64,000 nucleotides of DNA from Candidatus Azobacteroides sp. (GCA_009787405.1 WRGA01000121.1:2709-66708); one strand, 5' to 3'; shown: positions 1 through 10,456, counted from the first letter of the stretch. The notes: a model not told the origin generated them from the sequence alone. Numbers and translations are program-made.

Positions 1-999
1 GGATTATACGATTTAAGGCTGAAAGTATCCGAAAAACATCCGATTGTCCATATTAATGAATACCTTTATACAGAAATCGAACCCGACACACGAAAAAGCG
101 GAGAAAAACAATTCGATTATGTCGATCCGAAAAACAGAAAGGTACAAATCGAAATGGAAAAAGCCTGCACCGGACATTTAAAAAGAACCGGCGCTTACCT
201 TCCGCCCGATTTCAAAAACATAACCTTTGATACCGAGAATTTTCCGGTTGAAGCGTCGGTCATCATTCCGGTGCGAAATCGCGCAAAAACCATTGAAGAC
301 GCCATTTGCTCGGTATTGACACAAAAAACGAATTTTCCGTTTAACTTGATTATCATTGATAACCATTCCACAGACGGAACAAGCGAAATCATCCGGAAAT
401 ATACATCAAGCGATAAAAAAATCATTCATATTATTCCGGAAAGAAAAGACTTGGGCATCGGCGGATGTTGGAACGAAGGCATTCATCATCCCGAATGCGG
501 AAAATTTGCCGTTCAACTCGACAGCGACGATATTTACAGCAAAGAAAACACCTTGCAAATCATTGTCAACACCTTTTACGAACAAAAATGCGCCATGGTT
601 ATCGGCACCTATATGATGACCGATTTCAACATGCAGCCTATTTCTCCGGGAATTATCGACCACAGAGAATGGACTCCCGAAAACGGACACAACAATGCGC
701 TTCGCATCAACGGTTTGGGAGCACCGCGGGCATTTTATACTCCGTTGTTGAGAAAAATAAAAGTCCCGAATACAAGTTACGGCGAAGATTATGCGCTCGG
801 ACTCGCTTTTTCCCGCGAATACCGAATCGGCCGCATCTATGATGTCATTTATCATTGCCGCCGCTGGGAAGGAAATACCGATGCGGCACTCGATATTCAA
901 CGTCTCAATGCCAATAACTTATACAAAGACAAGCTGAGAAGTATCGAAATCGAAGCAAGAAAACAGATGAATAAAAGTAAAGTAAAATATCGAAAATAA
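1..999 (+). CDS. Family-2 glycosyltransferase (GT-A fold), 5'-partial at the window edge
   Basis: The track ORF is 154..999, but the same frame has no stop back to base 1 ([21 protein letters not shown]...), so the true start probably lies upstream of the window. Motifs [28 protein letters not shown] and QLDSDD are typical of GT2 enzymes. Confidence 0.75.
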   Translation, partial: GLYDLRLKVSEKHPIVHINEYLYTEIEPDTRKSGEKQFDYVDPKNRKVQIEMEKACTGHLKRTGAYLPPDFKNITFDTENFPVEASVIIPVRNRAKTIEDAICSVLTQKTNFPFNLIIIDNHSTDGTSEIIRKYTSSDKKIIHIIPERKDLGIGGCWNEGIHHPECGKFAVQLDSDDIYSKENTLQIIVNTFYEQKCAMVIGTYMMTDFNMQPISPGIIDHREWTPENGHNNALRINGLGAPRAFYTPLLRKIKVPNTSYGEDYALGLAFSREYRIGRIYDVIYHCRRWEGNTDAALDIQRLNANNLYKDKLRSIEIEARKQMNKSKVKYRK

Positions 1000-1029
1000 A
1001 TAATATAATAACCGAATAAAAACAACATC

Positions 1030-3159
1030 ATGAACGAAATTTTCCCGAAATTAATATCACAAAAGTTAAATATTTCCGAAAAACAAATAGCCAATACCAT
1101 TTTTTTGTTGGATGAAGGCGCCACCATTCCGTTTATCAGTCGATACCGGAAAGAAGCGACAGGAGCGTTGAATGAAGTACAAATCGGGGAAGTCAGGGAA
1201 ATGTACGAAAAGCTTTGCGAACTCGAAAAACGGAAAGAATACATTCTTTCGACCATCGAAGAACAAGGAAAATTAACCGATGAATTGAAATCCCGCATCG
1301 AAAAATCGTGGGAAAGCACCGAAATCGAAGACCTCTACCTTCCGTATAAACCGAAACGTCAAACACGTGCGGAAAATGCCCGAAAAAAAGGACTGGAGCC
1401 GTTGGCAAAATTCATCATGTCTTCGCCGCGTGAAAGTATCGAAGCATTTGCCGGAAAATTCATCCGGGATGATGTAAAAGACACGGACGAGGCATTGCAA
1501 GGGGCGCGGGACATTATCGCCGAATGGATCAGCGAAAACGAAAAAACTCGCAACACCGTGCGGAATATATTTGCACGGGAAGCCGTAATTTCCTCCAAAG
1601 TGGTAAAAGGAAAAGAAGAAGAAGCCGATAAATACCGCGATTATTTCGATTGTACAGAACCCTTGCGCAAATGTTCTTCGCACCGGTTGCTGGCCATGCG
1701 GCGGGGCGAAAGTGAAGGTGTACTCAAAGTTTCTATTGCTCCGGATGACGAAACATGCCTCGAAAAATTGGCCCGTTTTTACATTAAAGACCATTCCGAA
1801 GCTTCGGAACACATCGATAAGTCATTAAAAGATTCGTATAAACGATTGTTGAAACCTTCGATCGAAAACGAATTTGCCTCTCTTTCCAAGGAAAAAGCCG
1901 ATGAAGAGGCTATCCGGGTATTTGCGGAAAATCTGAAGCAATTATTATTGTCGCCCCCTCTCGGACAAAAACGAGTGTTGGCCATAGACCCGGGTTACCG
2001 TACCGGCTGTAAAATCGTATGTTTGGACGATCAGGGAAATCTGTTGCACAACGAAACCGTTTATCCGCATCCGCCGCAAAACGAAAGCGGACGAGCATCC
2101 GTTAAATTGGCCAATTTAGTATCCATGTATAATATTGAAGCCATCGCCATCGGAAACGGAACCGCAAGCCGGGAAACCGAAAAGCTGGTGACCAATATTC
2201 CGTTTGACCGGAAAATACAGGTATTTGTGGTCAGCGAAAACGGCGCTTCCATTTATTCCGCATCTAAAATAGCGCGGGAAGAATTTCCCGAATATGATGT
2301 TACGGTACGGGGATCCGTTTCGATCGGTCGTCGATTGATGGATCCGTTGTCCGAATTGGTCAAGATCGATCCGAAATCTATCGGTGTCGGACAATACCAG
2401 CACGATGTCGATCAAACAAAGCTGAAAAAATCATTGGATCAAACAGTCGAAAACTGTGTCAATCAAGTGGGCGTAAATCTGAACACGGCAAGCAAACATT
2501 TGCTCACGTATATTTCGGGACTCGGCCCGCAATTGGCTCAAAACATTGTTGATTATCGTGCAAAAACAGGGAATTTCAAAAGCCGGAAAGAATTATTGAA
2601 AGTTCCGCGAATGGGAGAAAAAGCCTTCGAACAATCGGCGGGATTTCTCCGGATCCCCGATGCGGAAAACGCACTCGACAATTCGGCCGTTCATCCCGAA
2701 AGTTATCATGTGGTCGAACAAATGGCGAAAGATTTGTCTTGCACCATTCAAGATTTGATAGTAAATAAAGAACTGAAAAAACAACTCGACTTAAAGAAAT
2801 ATGTTACGGACAAAATCGGAATGCCGACATTAACCGACATCATGGAAGAATTGGACAAACCGGGAAGAGATCCGCGCCGGATCATCAAAGTATTCGAATT
2901 TGATCCGAACATCAAAGAAATCACCGACCTGAAAGAAGGAATGATTTTACCGGGCATCGTCACGAACATCACCAATTTCGGATGTTTCGTCGACATCGGC
3001 ATCAAAGAAAACGGATTGGTGCATATTTCCCAACTTGCCGATAAATTCGTTTCTGATCCCGCGACTGTTGTTTCCGTACATCAACATGTCCAAGTCAAAA
3101 TAATCGGCGTCGATCTGGACAGAAAACGGGTTCAATTAAGCATGAAAGGCTTTCAATAA
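1030..3159 (+). CDS. tex: Tex-like transcription accessory protein (YqgF/HhH/S1 domains)
   Basis: 709 aa. It has the N-terminal Tex signature ISEKQIANTIFLLDEGATIPFISRYRKE, a RuvC/YqgF-like VLAIDPGYRTGCK, and a C-terminal S1 domain GIVTNITNFGCFVDIG...GLVHISQL. Confidence 0.9.
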   Translation: MNEIFPKLISQKLNISEKQIANTIFLLDEGATIPFISRYRKEATGALNEVQIGEVREMYEKLCELEKRKEYILSTIEEQGKLTDELKSRIEKSWESTEIEDLYLPYKPKRQTRAENARKKGLEPLAKFIMSSPRESIEAFAGKFIRDDVKDTDEALQGARDIIAEWISENEKTRNTVRNIFAREAVISSKVVKGKEEEADKYRDYFDCTEPLRKCSSHRLLAMRRGESEGVLKVSIAPDDETCLEKLARFYIKDHSEASEHIDKSLKDSYKRLLKPSIENEFASLSKEKADEEAIRVFAENLKQLLLSPPLGQKRVLAIDPGYRTGCKIVCLDDQGNLLHNETVYPHPPQNESGRASVKLANLVSMYNIEAIAIGNGTASRETEKLVTNIPFDRKIQVFVVSENGASIYSASKIAREEFPEYDVTVRGSVSIGRRLMDPLSELVKIDPKSIGVGQYQHDVDQTKLKKSLDQTVENCVNQVGVNLNTASKHLLTYISGLGPQLAQNIVDYRAKTGNFKSRKELLKVPRMGEKAFEQSAGFLRIPDAENALDNSAVHPESYHVVEQMAKDLSCTIQDLIVNKELKKQLDLKKYVTDKIGMPTLTDIMEELDKPGRDPRRIIKVFEFDPNIKEITDLKEGMILPGIVTNITNFGCFVDIGIKENGLVHISQLADKFVSDPATVVSVHQHVQVKIIGVDLDRKRVQLSMKGFQ

Positions 3160-3170
3160 TTTACGATTCG

Positions 3171-3248
3171 ACAATTTACAATTTACAATTTTGTCGGTAC
3201 TCATACTGATTTCCGGATTCAAAATTGTAAATTGTAAATTTGTAAATT
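3171..3248. terminator. Long AT-rich inverted repeat of ACAATTT/AAATTGT heptamers between convergent tex and uxuB
   Basis: The left arm ACAATTTACAATTTACAATTTT (3171-3192) is the reverse complement of AAAATTGTAAATTGTAAATT(T)GT (3221-3243). This gives a ~21-bp stem with a 28-nt spacer that fills the intergenic gap. Confidence 0.5.
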
Positions 3249-3249
3249 C

Positions 3250-4068
3250 TCAGACTCCGCTGAAAGAACTGAAGCCGCCGTCAACAGGCAGTACAACGCC
3301 GGTGATAAAACCTGCGGCATCGGAACATAAAAATTGAACGGCACCGTTCAACTCACTGATGTCCCCGAAACGTTTCATAGGCGTTTTGGCGAGTACTTTT
3401 TTGCTTCTGTCGGTAAGAGAACCGTCGGGATTGATTAATACCGCTCTGTTCTGATCACCGATAAAAAATCCGGGAGCAATGGCATTTACACGTACTTGGT
3501 CACCGTATTTCAACGCCATTTCCATAGCCAACCATTGTGTAAAATTCGTAACCGCCGCTTTGGCCGCCGAATAACCGGGAACCCTCGTAATCGCTGCATA
3601 AGCAGCCATGGAAGAGATATTCACGATACTTCCTTTTCCTTGTTCGGCCATGACTTTTCCGAACACATAACTCGGATATACCGTTCCGTTTATGTTTAGG
3701 TCAGTCACTTTATTCCAATCGGCAATATTCATTTCAAAAAAACTTTGATCGGGAGCAAGCGTTGCTCCGGGTAAATTTCCACCCGCAATATTCAGCAAAA
3801 TATCGATGCTTCCCCATTGATCGATTATTTTACGGGCCACATTCTCCAAACTCCCGATATCCAAAACATTACCGACAACACCGATGACTTCGCCGCCCAA
3901 GCCCTTTAATTCATCGACCCGGACATCCAAATTTTCCTGACGAATATCGATTGCCGCCACTTTAGCTCCCGCTCCGATAAAACTCCGGGCGATATTTCCG
4001 CCCAACACGCCTCCGGCTCCGGTAATAACCGCTACTTTTCCTTTAATACTGAATAAATTATCCATCAT
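3250..4068 (-). CDS. uxuB: Short-chain dehydrogenase/reductase, probable D-mannonate oxidoreductase
   Basis: 272 aa with the Rossmann motif VAVITGAGGVLGG and an SDR YxxxK (YSAAKAA). It lies directly downstream of uxuA on the same strand, as the SDR-type UxuB does in Bacteroidota. Confidence 0.7.
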   Translation of the reverse strand: MMDNLFSIKGKVAVITGAGGVLGGNIARSFIGAGAKVAAIDIRQENLDVRVDELKGLGGEVIGVVGNVLDIGSLENVARKIIDQWGSIDILLNIAGGNLPGATLAPDQSFFEMNIADWNKVTDLNINGTVYPSYVFGKVMAEQGKGSIVNISSMAAYAAITRVPGYSAAKAAVTNFTQWLAMEMALKYGDQVRVNAIAPGFFIGDQNRAVLINPDGSLTDRSKKVLAKTPMKRFGDISELNGAVQFLCSDAAGFITGVVLPVDGGFSSFSGV

Positions 4069-4108
4069 AATTTGTTTTTAGTTACGCACTACGAATTACA
4101 GCGTAAAA

Positions 4109-5296
4109 TTATAAAAAAGTTTTTAACGCCATCTCATTCCTCACCGTCGCCATAATTCCGTCCACTTGCGCCAACGCATACATGCGTCCGAGAAAAGAAT
4201 ATCCAGGATTATATGATTTATGAATATCGTCCAACATTAATTTGCCGTGATCGACACGCATGGGAAGATTCGGATTTTCTTTTTCGAAAATGCGAACCAA
4301 CTCAATCAAATGCCCTCTTCCGCCCAAATGAGATGCTTCAACGAAATTTCCGTTTTTCTCCACATCCGTACTGCGCAAATGAACAAACCGGGTTCGACCG
4401 GCAAAACGTTTCGCCAAAGCCGGCACATCATTATGTAATCCGGAGCTTAACGAACCGGCACAAAATGTCAAACCGTTATTCGGACTATCCACCGCATTCA
4501 AGAACCAATCGATGTCTTCTTCCGAAGTGACGATACGCGGCAAGCCGAGCACAGGAAACGGCGGATCATCAGGATGTACGCATAAATTGACGCCGTATTT
4601 TTCTGCCGTCGGAATCACCCGTTCCAGAAAATACTTCATATTTTCCCTCAATTGCGCTTTATCGATTCCGTCGTACAATGCCAGCAAACGATTGAAGATA
4701 GCCACCGGATTTTGATCCCCTTCCCGAATGTTTCCGTTGATAAAACCTTGCGTTTTAACAATGATTGTATGAATCAATTCATCTTTTTCCGCTTCGGTAA
4801 TCGTTTTATCCAACGCATATACCTGTTCCATTTCTTCGGAAGAATAATCCTTTTCGGCATTTTTCCGTTTCAAAATAAAACAATCGAAATAAGCAAACCG
4901 TATTTTATCAAAAAACAACGTATAAGTACCGTCGGCATTTTTCCGGTGTAAATCGGTACGAATCCAATCGATCACCGGCATAAAATTGTAGCAGACGGTT
5001 TTAACTCCCGCTTTTCCCAAATTCGCCAAACCGGTGATATAATTTTCGATCAATCGCTCCCGGTCTTTCCCGCCGTATTTAATACTTTCGGAAACGGGCA
5101 AACTTTCCACGACCGACCAGCGCAATCCGCCCGATTCGATATAATTTTTCAGTTCAAGAATGGCATCAAGCGTCCAGACTTCACCGTTCGGGACATCATG
5201 CAACGCCGTCACAATCCCCTCCATTCCTATTTGCCGCAACATCTCGAGCGTAATCGGATCTTTCTTTCCAAACCACCGCCAAGTTTTTTCCATCAT
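4109..5296 (-). CDS. uxuA: Mannonate dehydratase
   Basis: 395 aa. The N-terminus MEKTWRWFGKKDPITLEMLRQIG and the overall length match UxuA. Confidence 0.9.
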   Translation of the reverse strand: MMEKTWRWFGKKDPITLEMLRQIGMEGIVTALHDVPNGEVWTLDAILELKNYIESGGLRWSVVESLPVSESIKYGGKDRERLIENYITGLANLGKAGVKTVCYNFMPVIDWIRTDLHRKNADGTYTLFFDKIRFAYFDCFILKRKNAEKDYSSEEMEQVYALDKTITEAEKDELIHTIIVKTQGFINGNIREGDQNPVAIFNRLLALYDGIDKAQLRENMKYFLERVIPTAEKYGVNLCVHPDDPPFPVLGLPRIVTSEEDIDWFLNAVDSPNNGLTFCAGSLSSGLHNDVPALAKRFAGRTRFVHLRSTDVEKNGNFVEASHLGGRGHLIELVRIFEKENPNLPMRVDHGKLMLDDIHKSYNPGYSFLGRMYALAQVDGIMATVRNEMALKTFL

Positions 5297-5685
5297 TATT
5301 TCCGTTTATAAAAGAATTTGAATCTACCTACACTTTCTCCGGCACAAAAAGGTTGCCGAAAACTAAAATTTTCAACAACCTTTTTGAAACAACCAAATTT
5401 CCAAACCTTATTTTAGCAATCTTAATTACCTCAGATGTCCTTCGACAATCACTTTTATGATATAAACATCCAGAGTTAAATCGGATAAATCAACCCTCTC
5501 GATACGTTTTGTCTCGGAATAAGAAGGCGACCGTTGATATCTTTTAAAATGTATTTTTCCGGAGAATAAAAACCCCTCCTTAAATCGACACAAATGTAAT
5601 ATACAAAAACAACACCATCTATTTCGGCGGTTACAGGTATTTTTCTCCCGGTTACATTCGAAAAAAATGATGGATTTTAAAGAGA

Positions 5686-7719
5686 TCAATTGTGGTGTTC
5701 CAAATCCAATTTTATGTTTTTCAGATCATCCAATTCGTAAATCGGACGTTCGATGTCATACGGAATCGGCCTGTTCGAAAATGTTTGAAAATAAAGCAGG
5801 CAGGCATCTTTCCACCAAACGGCATCGCGGGATTGAATTTTGAGGCGCGACTGTACTTCTTTGAAGCGTTCGGCATCAATATATTTTTCGGATTGATCCC
5901 AGATTCTTTGAAAATTCCGCACTTGTTTGACCCCTGTATCATATTTGTAACACAAATCATCCCAAAGAGAACGTCCGTCTTTCATCAGATAATTCCACGG
6001 AACATGATGAAACCAAAGCAAATACTTTTCGGGACAGGAACGAATATCATTCAATTCGTCACGCAACGGCGGATAATATTGAGAAACAGCATTACTGCCC
6101 GTTTCGGAGCGGTCGAACCCCAACCCGACAGAATCGGCCTGATGATAATATTTCGGCAACCAGTCGGGACGCGCACCGGGAATATCACACCACGGTTCGG
6201 GCCCGTAATGATGGTTCCAAGCAAAAATATGGTGTAACCCCAACGGCATCATATAATTCACTGCGGCTTCGTGGGAATCCATCATCATCTCCTTTACCGG
6301 ATTCAAGAAGCCGGGATTTCCGGAAAAAGTCATCCGGATCCATTCATCAGCAATTTCATCAACGGAAAGCGAATGATTCCACGCCAATCGACCGAATGCA
6401 TACCAATTGGCCTGAGCAAAATGATGTCCGCACCAATTTGCTTCATCGCCGATATTGGCCACACCCGCCATAGCTGTCAACGGATGAGGAAAAAGCGTTC
6501 CGTCGGTTGTTTCGGCGACGGTCGACCCTTCTCCGTTGCAATATGTGTCGCTCTCCAAAAATTCTTTCCATAGAGAAGCCAAGAAAACCAGATGATTGGA
6601 AAAGCCCAAATATTCTTGCGTAATTTGTAATTCGGGCATAACCGCCGTTTTTTTCATGGCTCCGAACAACGGACTAAACGGTTCTCGCGGTTGAAAATCA
6701 ATCGGGCCGTTTTTTATCTGAATAATCACATTGTCACGAAACATTCCGTCCAACGGCATAAATTCTTTGTAAGCCTGTTTTGCCCGGTCTTCTCCGTCGG
6801 GATTATAAACAAATGCCCGCCACATCACCATGCCGTTATGCGGTTTCAACGCATCGGCCAACATGTTTGCGCCATCTACGTGTGTACGACCGAAGTCCTG
6901 TGGACCGGGCAATCCTTCGGAATTGGCTTTGACGAGAAACCCTCCGAAATCGGGAATCAAGCGGTAAATTTCATCCGCTTTATCTTTCCACCATTGACGA
7001 ACATCAGAGTTCAACGGATCGGACGTAGACAGACCGCCTAATGATGCCGGCGACGAAAAATTAATCGACAAATACACTTTGATATGATACGGACGCAATA
7101 TATCAGCCACAATTTTTACTTTTTCGAGCATTTCCTTCGATAACACTCGTGGAGTTGCATTGACATTATTCAACACCGTTCCGTTAATTCCGATCGATGC
7201 GTTTGCCCGTGCATATTCAACATAACGCGGTGAAATACGGTTCGGCAATTCGTCCCATTTCCAAATAGACCGTCCCGCATACCCCCGTTCAACGGTACCG
7301 TCCAAATTATCCCAATGATTCAGGATTCGAATATCATATCCGGGCGATTCTTCAATATTCAATATTCCGGCATCGTTTCCGGTTTCTTGCAAACGCAACA
7401 AATGATAAGCCCCGTAAAGCAGTCCTTGTTCGGTAGATGCCAGAACGGAAACTCCCGTAAGTTTATTTCCCGTAATCCGATAAGCGTCTTTTCCCCGATT
7501 TCGGAGTTCCTTACTGTTAACTATAATCAATTGAATCGGAGCGCCTTTCCATTGCGATTTCAGTTCCTGTTTGGCAATATCAACCGTAGGACTTTGCTTA
7601 TTTGCCGTAACAGTTGCGTTATGCCCCGATTCAGCACGCAACCAAAGTCGGCTTCCATCTTCAGCGTAAAGCCCGGCAGAAAGCAGAAATATGTAAAAGA
7701 TTATAATACTTTGTTTCAC
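5686..7719 (-). CDS. aguA: GH67 alpha-glucuronidase, secreted or periplasmic
   Basis: 677 aa with a signal peptide (MKQSIIIFYIFLLSAGLYAED) and GH67-typical blocks ILNHWDNLDGTVERGYAG and ITQEYLG. It sits in a xylan PUL. Confidence 0.88.
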   Translation of the reverse strand: MKQSIIIFYIFLLSAGLYAEDGSRLWLRAESGHNATVTANKQSPTVDIAKQELKSQWKGAPIQLIIVNSKELRNRGKDAYRITGNKLTGVSVLASTEQGLLYGAYHLLRLQETGNDAGILNIEESPGYDIRILNHWDNLDGTVERGYAGRSIWKWDELPNRISPRYVEYARANASIGINGTVLNNVNATPRVLSKEMLEKVKIVADILRPYHIKVYLSINFSSPASLGGLSTSDPLNSDVRQWWKDKADEIYRLIPDFGGFLVKANSEGLPGPQDFGRTHVDGANMLADALKPHNGMVMWRAFVYNPDGEDRAKQAYKEFMPLDGMFRDNVIIQIKNGPIDFQPREPFSPLFGAMKKTAVMPELQITQEYLGFSNHLVFLASLWKEFLESDTYCNGEGSTVAETTDGTLFPHPLTAMAGVANIGDEANWCGHHFAQANWYAFGRLAWNHSLSVDEIADEWIRMTFSGNPGFLNPVKEMMMDSHEAAVNYMMPLGLHHIFAWNHHYGPEPWCDIPGARPDWLPKYYHQADSVGLGFDRSETGSNAVSQYYPPLRDELNDIRSCPEKYLLWFHHVPWNYLMKDGRSLWDDLCYKYDTGVKQVRNFQRIWDQSEKYIDAERFKEVQSRLKIQSRDAVWWKDACLLYFQTFSNRPIPYDIERPIYELDDLKNIKLDLEHHN

Positions 7720-7738
7720 GTATCGAACCCGGTTTTTA

Positions 7739-9481
7739 TTATTGTTTCAGGATTTTTTTCCCGACTGTTCCGCTCTCTGTTTCCACTTTCAATAAATATA
7801 CGCCTTTTTCCAAACGTTCGATGTTAATATATCCGTCATTATATTGTGTCATCAAGCGTTTTCCCGAAATATCATAGATGTCCATTCGTTTTACTCCGTT
7901 CCCTTTCACAATAAGATAACTTGTTGCCGGATTGGGATATATTTCAATTTCTTCGTCATGAAAAATATTTTTCTGCGAAGCTGCGCTTTCAAATTTGTCA
8001 GGAACTTGACTTGCTTCGGAAGCCATATAATTTTTTAACCAGACCATTGCTTTCCGTTCTTGTCCGTTTGATGCTACAATGCCCGTTCCTTCTTTCCAGG
8101 TTGTTCCCGTTATATATCCCCACAATGTAATGCCTGTCACTGATTCGTGTTCCCATAAAACGGGAAATTTTTCTTTATATATTTGATACTGACTTTCTTC
8201 ATTTCCTGCGGGATTGCCGCTGACATCCAGCTCCGAAACAAAGATCGGAAGCCCTGTTGCACCTAATAGATCAAGTACCGTCTTCATGGTTTGCACTGAA
8301 ACCCCATTGATGTTGAACTCGTGACATTGGATTCCGATGCCGTCAATCAAATTTCTTTCTTTCAGGATATTTACGATTTCAAGATAACGCATCGCCGCAT
8401 TAACATCGCTTATAATGCCGTACTCGTTTATCAGTAATTTACCTTTCGGAAAATATTCTCTTGCTTTTTGGAACGACCAAATGACCCAATCCCACCCCGT
8501 TGCGCCGTCTCCGCCCAATGCTTCCCTGATGCCGGAAGGCGCATGCAGGGGTTCATTCACAACGTCGATGAAGTCAATATCGGGATAACGCACCGCAACC
8601 GCTCTCATAAAATTTTCCATCGCCGCTTTCTGTTCAGCCGGGGAAACAGAACTTATCCATGAAGGTTCCTGACTGCCCCAGACAAATGTGTGGTATTTGA
8701 ACTTGTAACCGTTCTTTTTTGCATAATTGTATGCCTTATCCAAGGCCGTCCAGGTCATATTGCCGCGCCAAGGTTCTACCGATGCCCATTTTCCCGAATT
8801 TTCAGGCGTTATTTGATTCCAGTATAAATCGAAGAATGCAGGAATATCGTTCGGAACAATGTTACCTAAAAATTTTTCATGTTTTTCAGCCAACGGAATT
8901 GTTCCTCCGGCTACAGGTTCCAACGGTTCTTCATACGATAAATCTTCTATTACGATATCGTCTAAATAATATGTTTTACCGGCAACTTTTCCCGCATCAA
9001 TTCGAAGTTGAAGGATGTTCCCGACAGCTTCCATTCTCGAACCGTAAACTGTTTCATACGCATATTGCGTCCATCCGGAACCGATGCTCATATCGGACAG
9101 ATACTGCCTGTCTGCCCCGCCCGTTTCTGCCTTAAGCTGATATGGATCTGCCGTGGAGATACGAATCATTCCGTTTCCGCCTACAGTTCTCGCCCAAAAA
9201 GAGATTCTATAAAAATGCGTGGAATTGACACTGATTTGAGGCGTTTCTAATTGAATATCCCAATAATTTGTGCAGGAAGTACCCGTAACCAACTTGAGCG
9301 AATATTGTCCGTCATGTTTGTCTTCCCGGGTAATCTCAATTTCTCCGTTAATATTTAACTTATTCCAACCGCTCAGATTTCCCGATTCAAAATCAAAGAC
9401 AGTTTTGTCCACACTGTTTTGAGCATATAAACCGGTATATACTTGCAGCGTTAATAAAGTTAAAAATAGTACGTTTTTCAT
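7739..9481 (-). CDS. GH10 endo-1,4-beta-xylanase with an N-terminal CBM4_9/22-like module and a T9SS C-terminal sorting domain
   Basis: 580 aa with a signal peptide and an N-terminal beta-sandwich (FDFESGNLSGWNK...YYLDDIVIEDL). GH10 motifs are WNQITPENSGKW, VVNEP (acid/base Glu) and VSELDV (nucleophile Glu). The last ~70 aa (IEIYPNPATSYLIV...GVYLLKVETESGTVGKKILKQ) look like a type A Por/T9SS sorting domain. Confidence 0.85.
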   Translation of the reverse strand: MKNVLFLTLLTLQVYTGLYAQNSVDKTVFDFESGNLSGWNKLNINGEIEITREDKHDGQYSLKLVTGTSCTNYWDIQLETPQISVNSTHFYRISFWARTVGGNGMIRISTADPYQLKAETGGADRQYLSDMSIGSGWTQYAYETVYGSRMEAVGNILQLRIDAGKVAGKTYYLDDIVIEDLSYEEPLEPVAGGTIPLAEKHEKFLGNIVPNDIPAFFDLYWNQITPENSGKWASVEPWRGNMTWTALDKAYNYAKKNGYKFKYHTFVWGSQEPSWISSVSPAEQKAAMENFMRAVAVRYPDIDFIDVVNEPLHAPSGIREALGGDGATGWDWVIWSFQKAREYFPKGKLLINEYGIISDVNAAMRYLEIVNILKERNLIDGIGIQCHEFNINGVSVQTMKTVLDLLGATGLPIFVSELDVSGNPAGNEESQYQIYKEKFPVLWEHESVTGITLWGYITGTTWKEGTGIVASNGQERKAMVWLKNYMASEASQVPDKFESAASQKNIFHDEEIEIYPNPATSYLIVKGNGVKRMDIYDISGKRLMTQYNDGYINIERLEKGVYLLKVETESGTVGKKILKQ

Positions 9482-10456
9482 TTATTTTCCTCTTCCTTCA
9501 ATTGTTTTAATCGTTCCGTCTTCGTTATATTCCAATTCAACGACTTTCAGACTGCGAAGCCACGTTCTGCCGCCCGAAGGAACACTGTCGTGATGAAACA
9601 GGTACCATTTGCCTTTAAATTCGACAATGGCATGATGCGTCGTCCATCCCTCAACAGGTGTGAGAATCACCCCTTGGTATGTAAACGGCCCGTAAGGGTT
9701 GTCTCCGACCGCATAACACAATAAATGCGTATCCCCTGTGGAATACGAAAAATAATATTTTCCGTTGTATTTATGTATCCAAGATGCTTCGAAAAAACGC
9801 CGTTCGGTATCGCCTGCGGTGAGCGGGTTCCCGTGTTCGTCAAGAACAATCACCTCACGAGGTTCTTCGGCGAATTGCAACATATCGTCGCTTAAACGAA
9901 CCATGAGCGAAGGCAGAGCCGGTTCATGATCTGCGGGAAAACAAGCACTTTCCAACGCTTTGTTGTTGCGATAACGTTGCAGTTGTCCGCCCCAAAGACC
10001 GCCAAAGTACATATAAAAATTGCCGTCACCGTCATCCAAAACAGCCGGGTCGATACTGTAACTACCCCGAACCGGATCGGGACAAGGAGTAAACGGGCCT
10101 TCGGGTTTATCACTCACTGCCACCCCGATGCGGAAAATATCGGTTTTGTCTTTCAACGGAAAATACATGTAATATTTTCCGTTTTTACAGGCCACGTCAC
10201 AATCCCACAATTGACGTCCGGCCCAAGGAATATTTTTCACATCCAGCACAACACCGTGATCGATTAAAGAGCCGTTTTCGATATCATCCGTCGAAAAAAC
10301 ATGATAATCAACCATATCAAAATGATCGCCGTTATCATTTTCCGGAATCCCGCTTTCCCGGTCGTGAGAAGGATAAATATACAACTTATCATTAAAAACA
10401 TGCACGGCAGGATCTGCCATGTAATCGTTCGGAACTAAATATTTCGGTGTTTTCAT
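9482..10456 (-). CDS. GH43 beta-xylosidase/alpha-L-arabinofuranosidase with no obvious signal peptide
   Basis: 324 aa with the GH43 N-terminal catalytic Asp block YMADPAVHVFNDKLYIYPSHD and five-bladed propeller repeats. Its stop codon abuts the start codon of the downstream GH10 with a zero-nt gap. Confidence 0.85.
   Translation of the reverse strand: MKTPKYLVPNDYMADPAVHVFNDKLYIYPSHDRESGIPENDNGDHFDMVDYHVFSTDDIENGSLIDHGVVLDVKNIPWAGRQLWDCDVACKNGKYYMYFPLKDKTDIFRIGVAVSDKPEGPFTPCPDPVRGSYSIDPAVLDDGDGNFYMYFGGLWGGQLQRYRNNKALESACFPADHEPALPSLMVRLSDDMLQFAEEPREVIVLDEHGNPLTAGDTERRFFEASWIHKYNGKYYFSYSTGDTHLLCYAVGDNPYGPFTYQGVILTPVEGWTTHHAIVEFKGKWYLFHHDSVPSGGRTWLRSLKVVELEYNEDGTIKTIEGRGK

Noticed and set aside
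5426-5689. 87-aa ORF between uxuA and GH67
   Set aside because: It is a Cys/Arg-rich low-complexity translation with no signal or motif. It overlaps the GH67 stop by 4 nt in an AT-rich spacer and is most likely non-coding.
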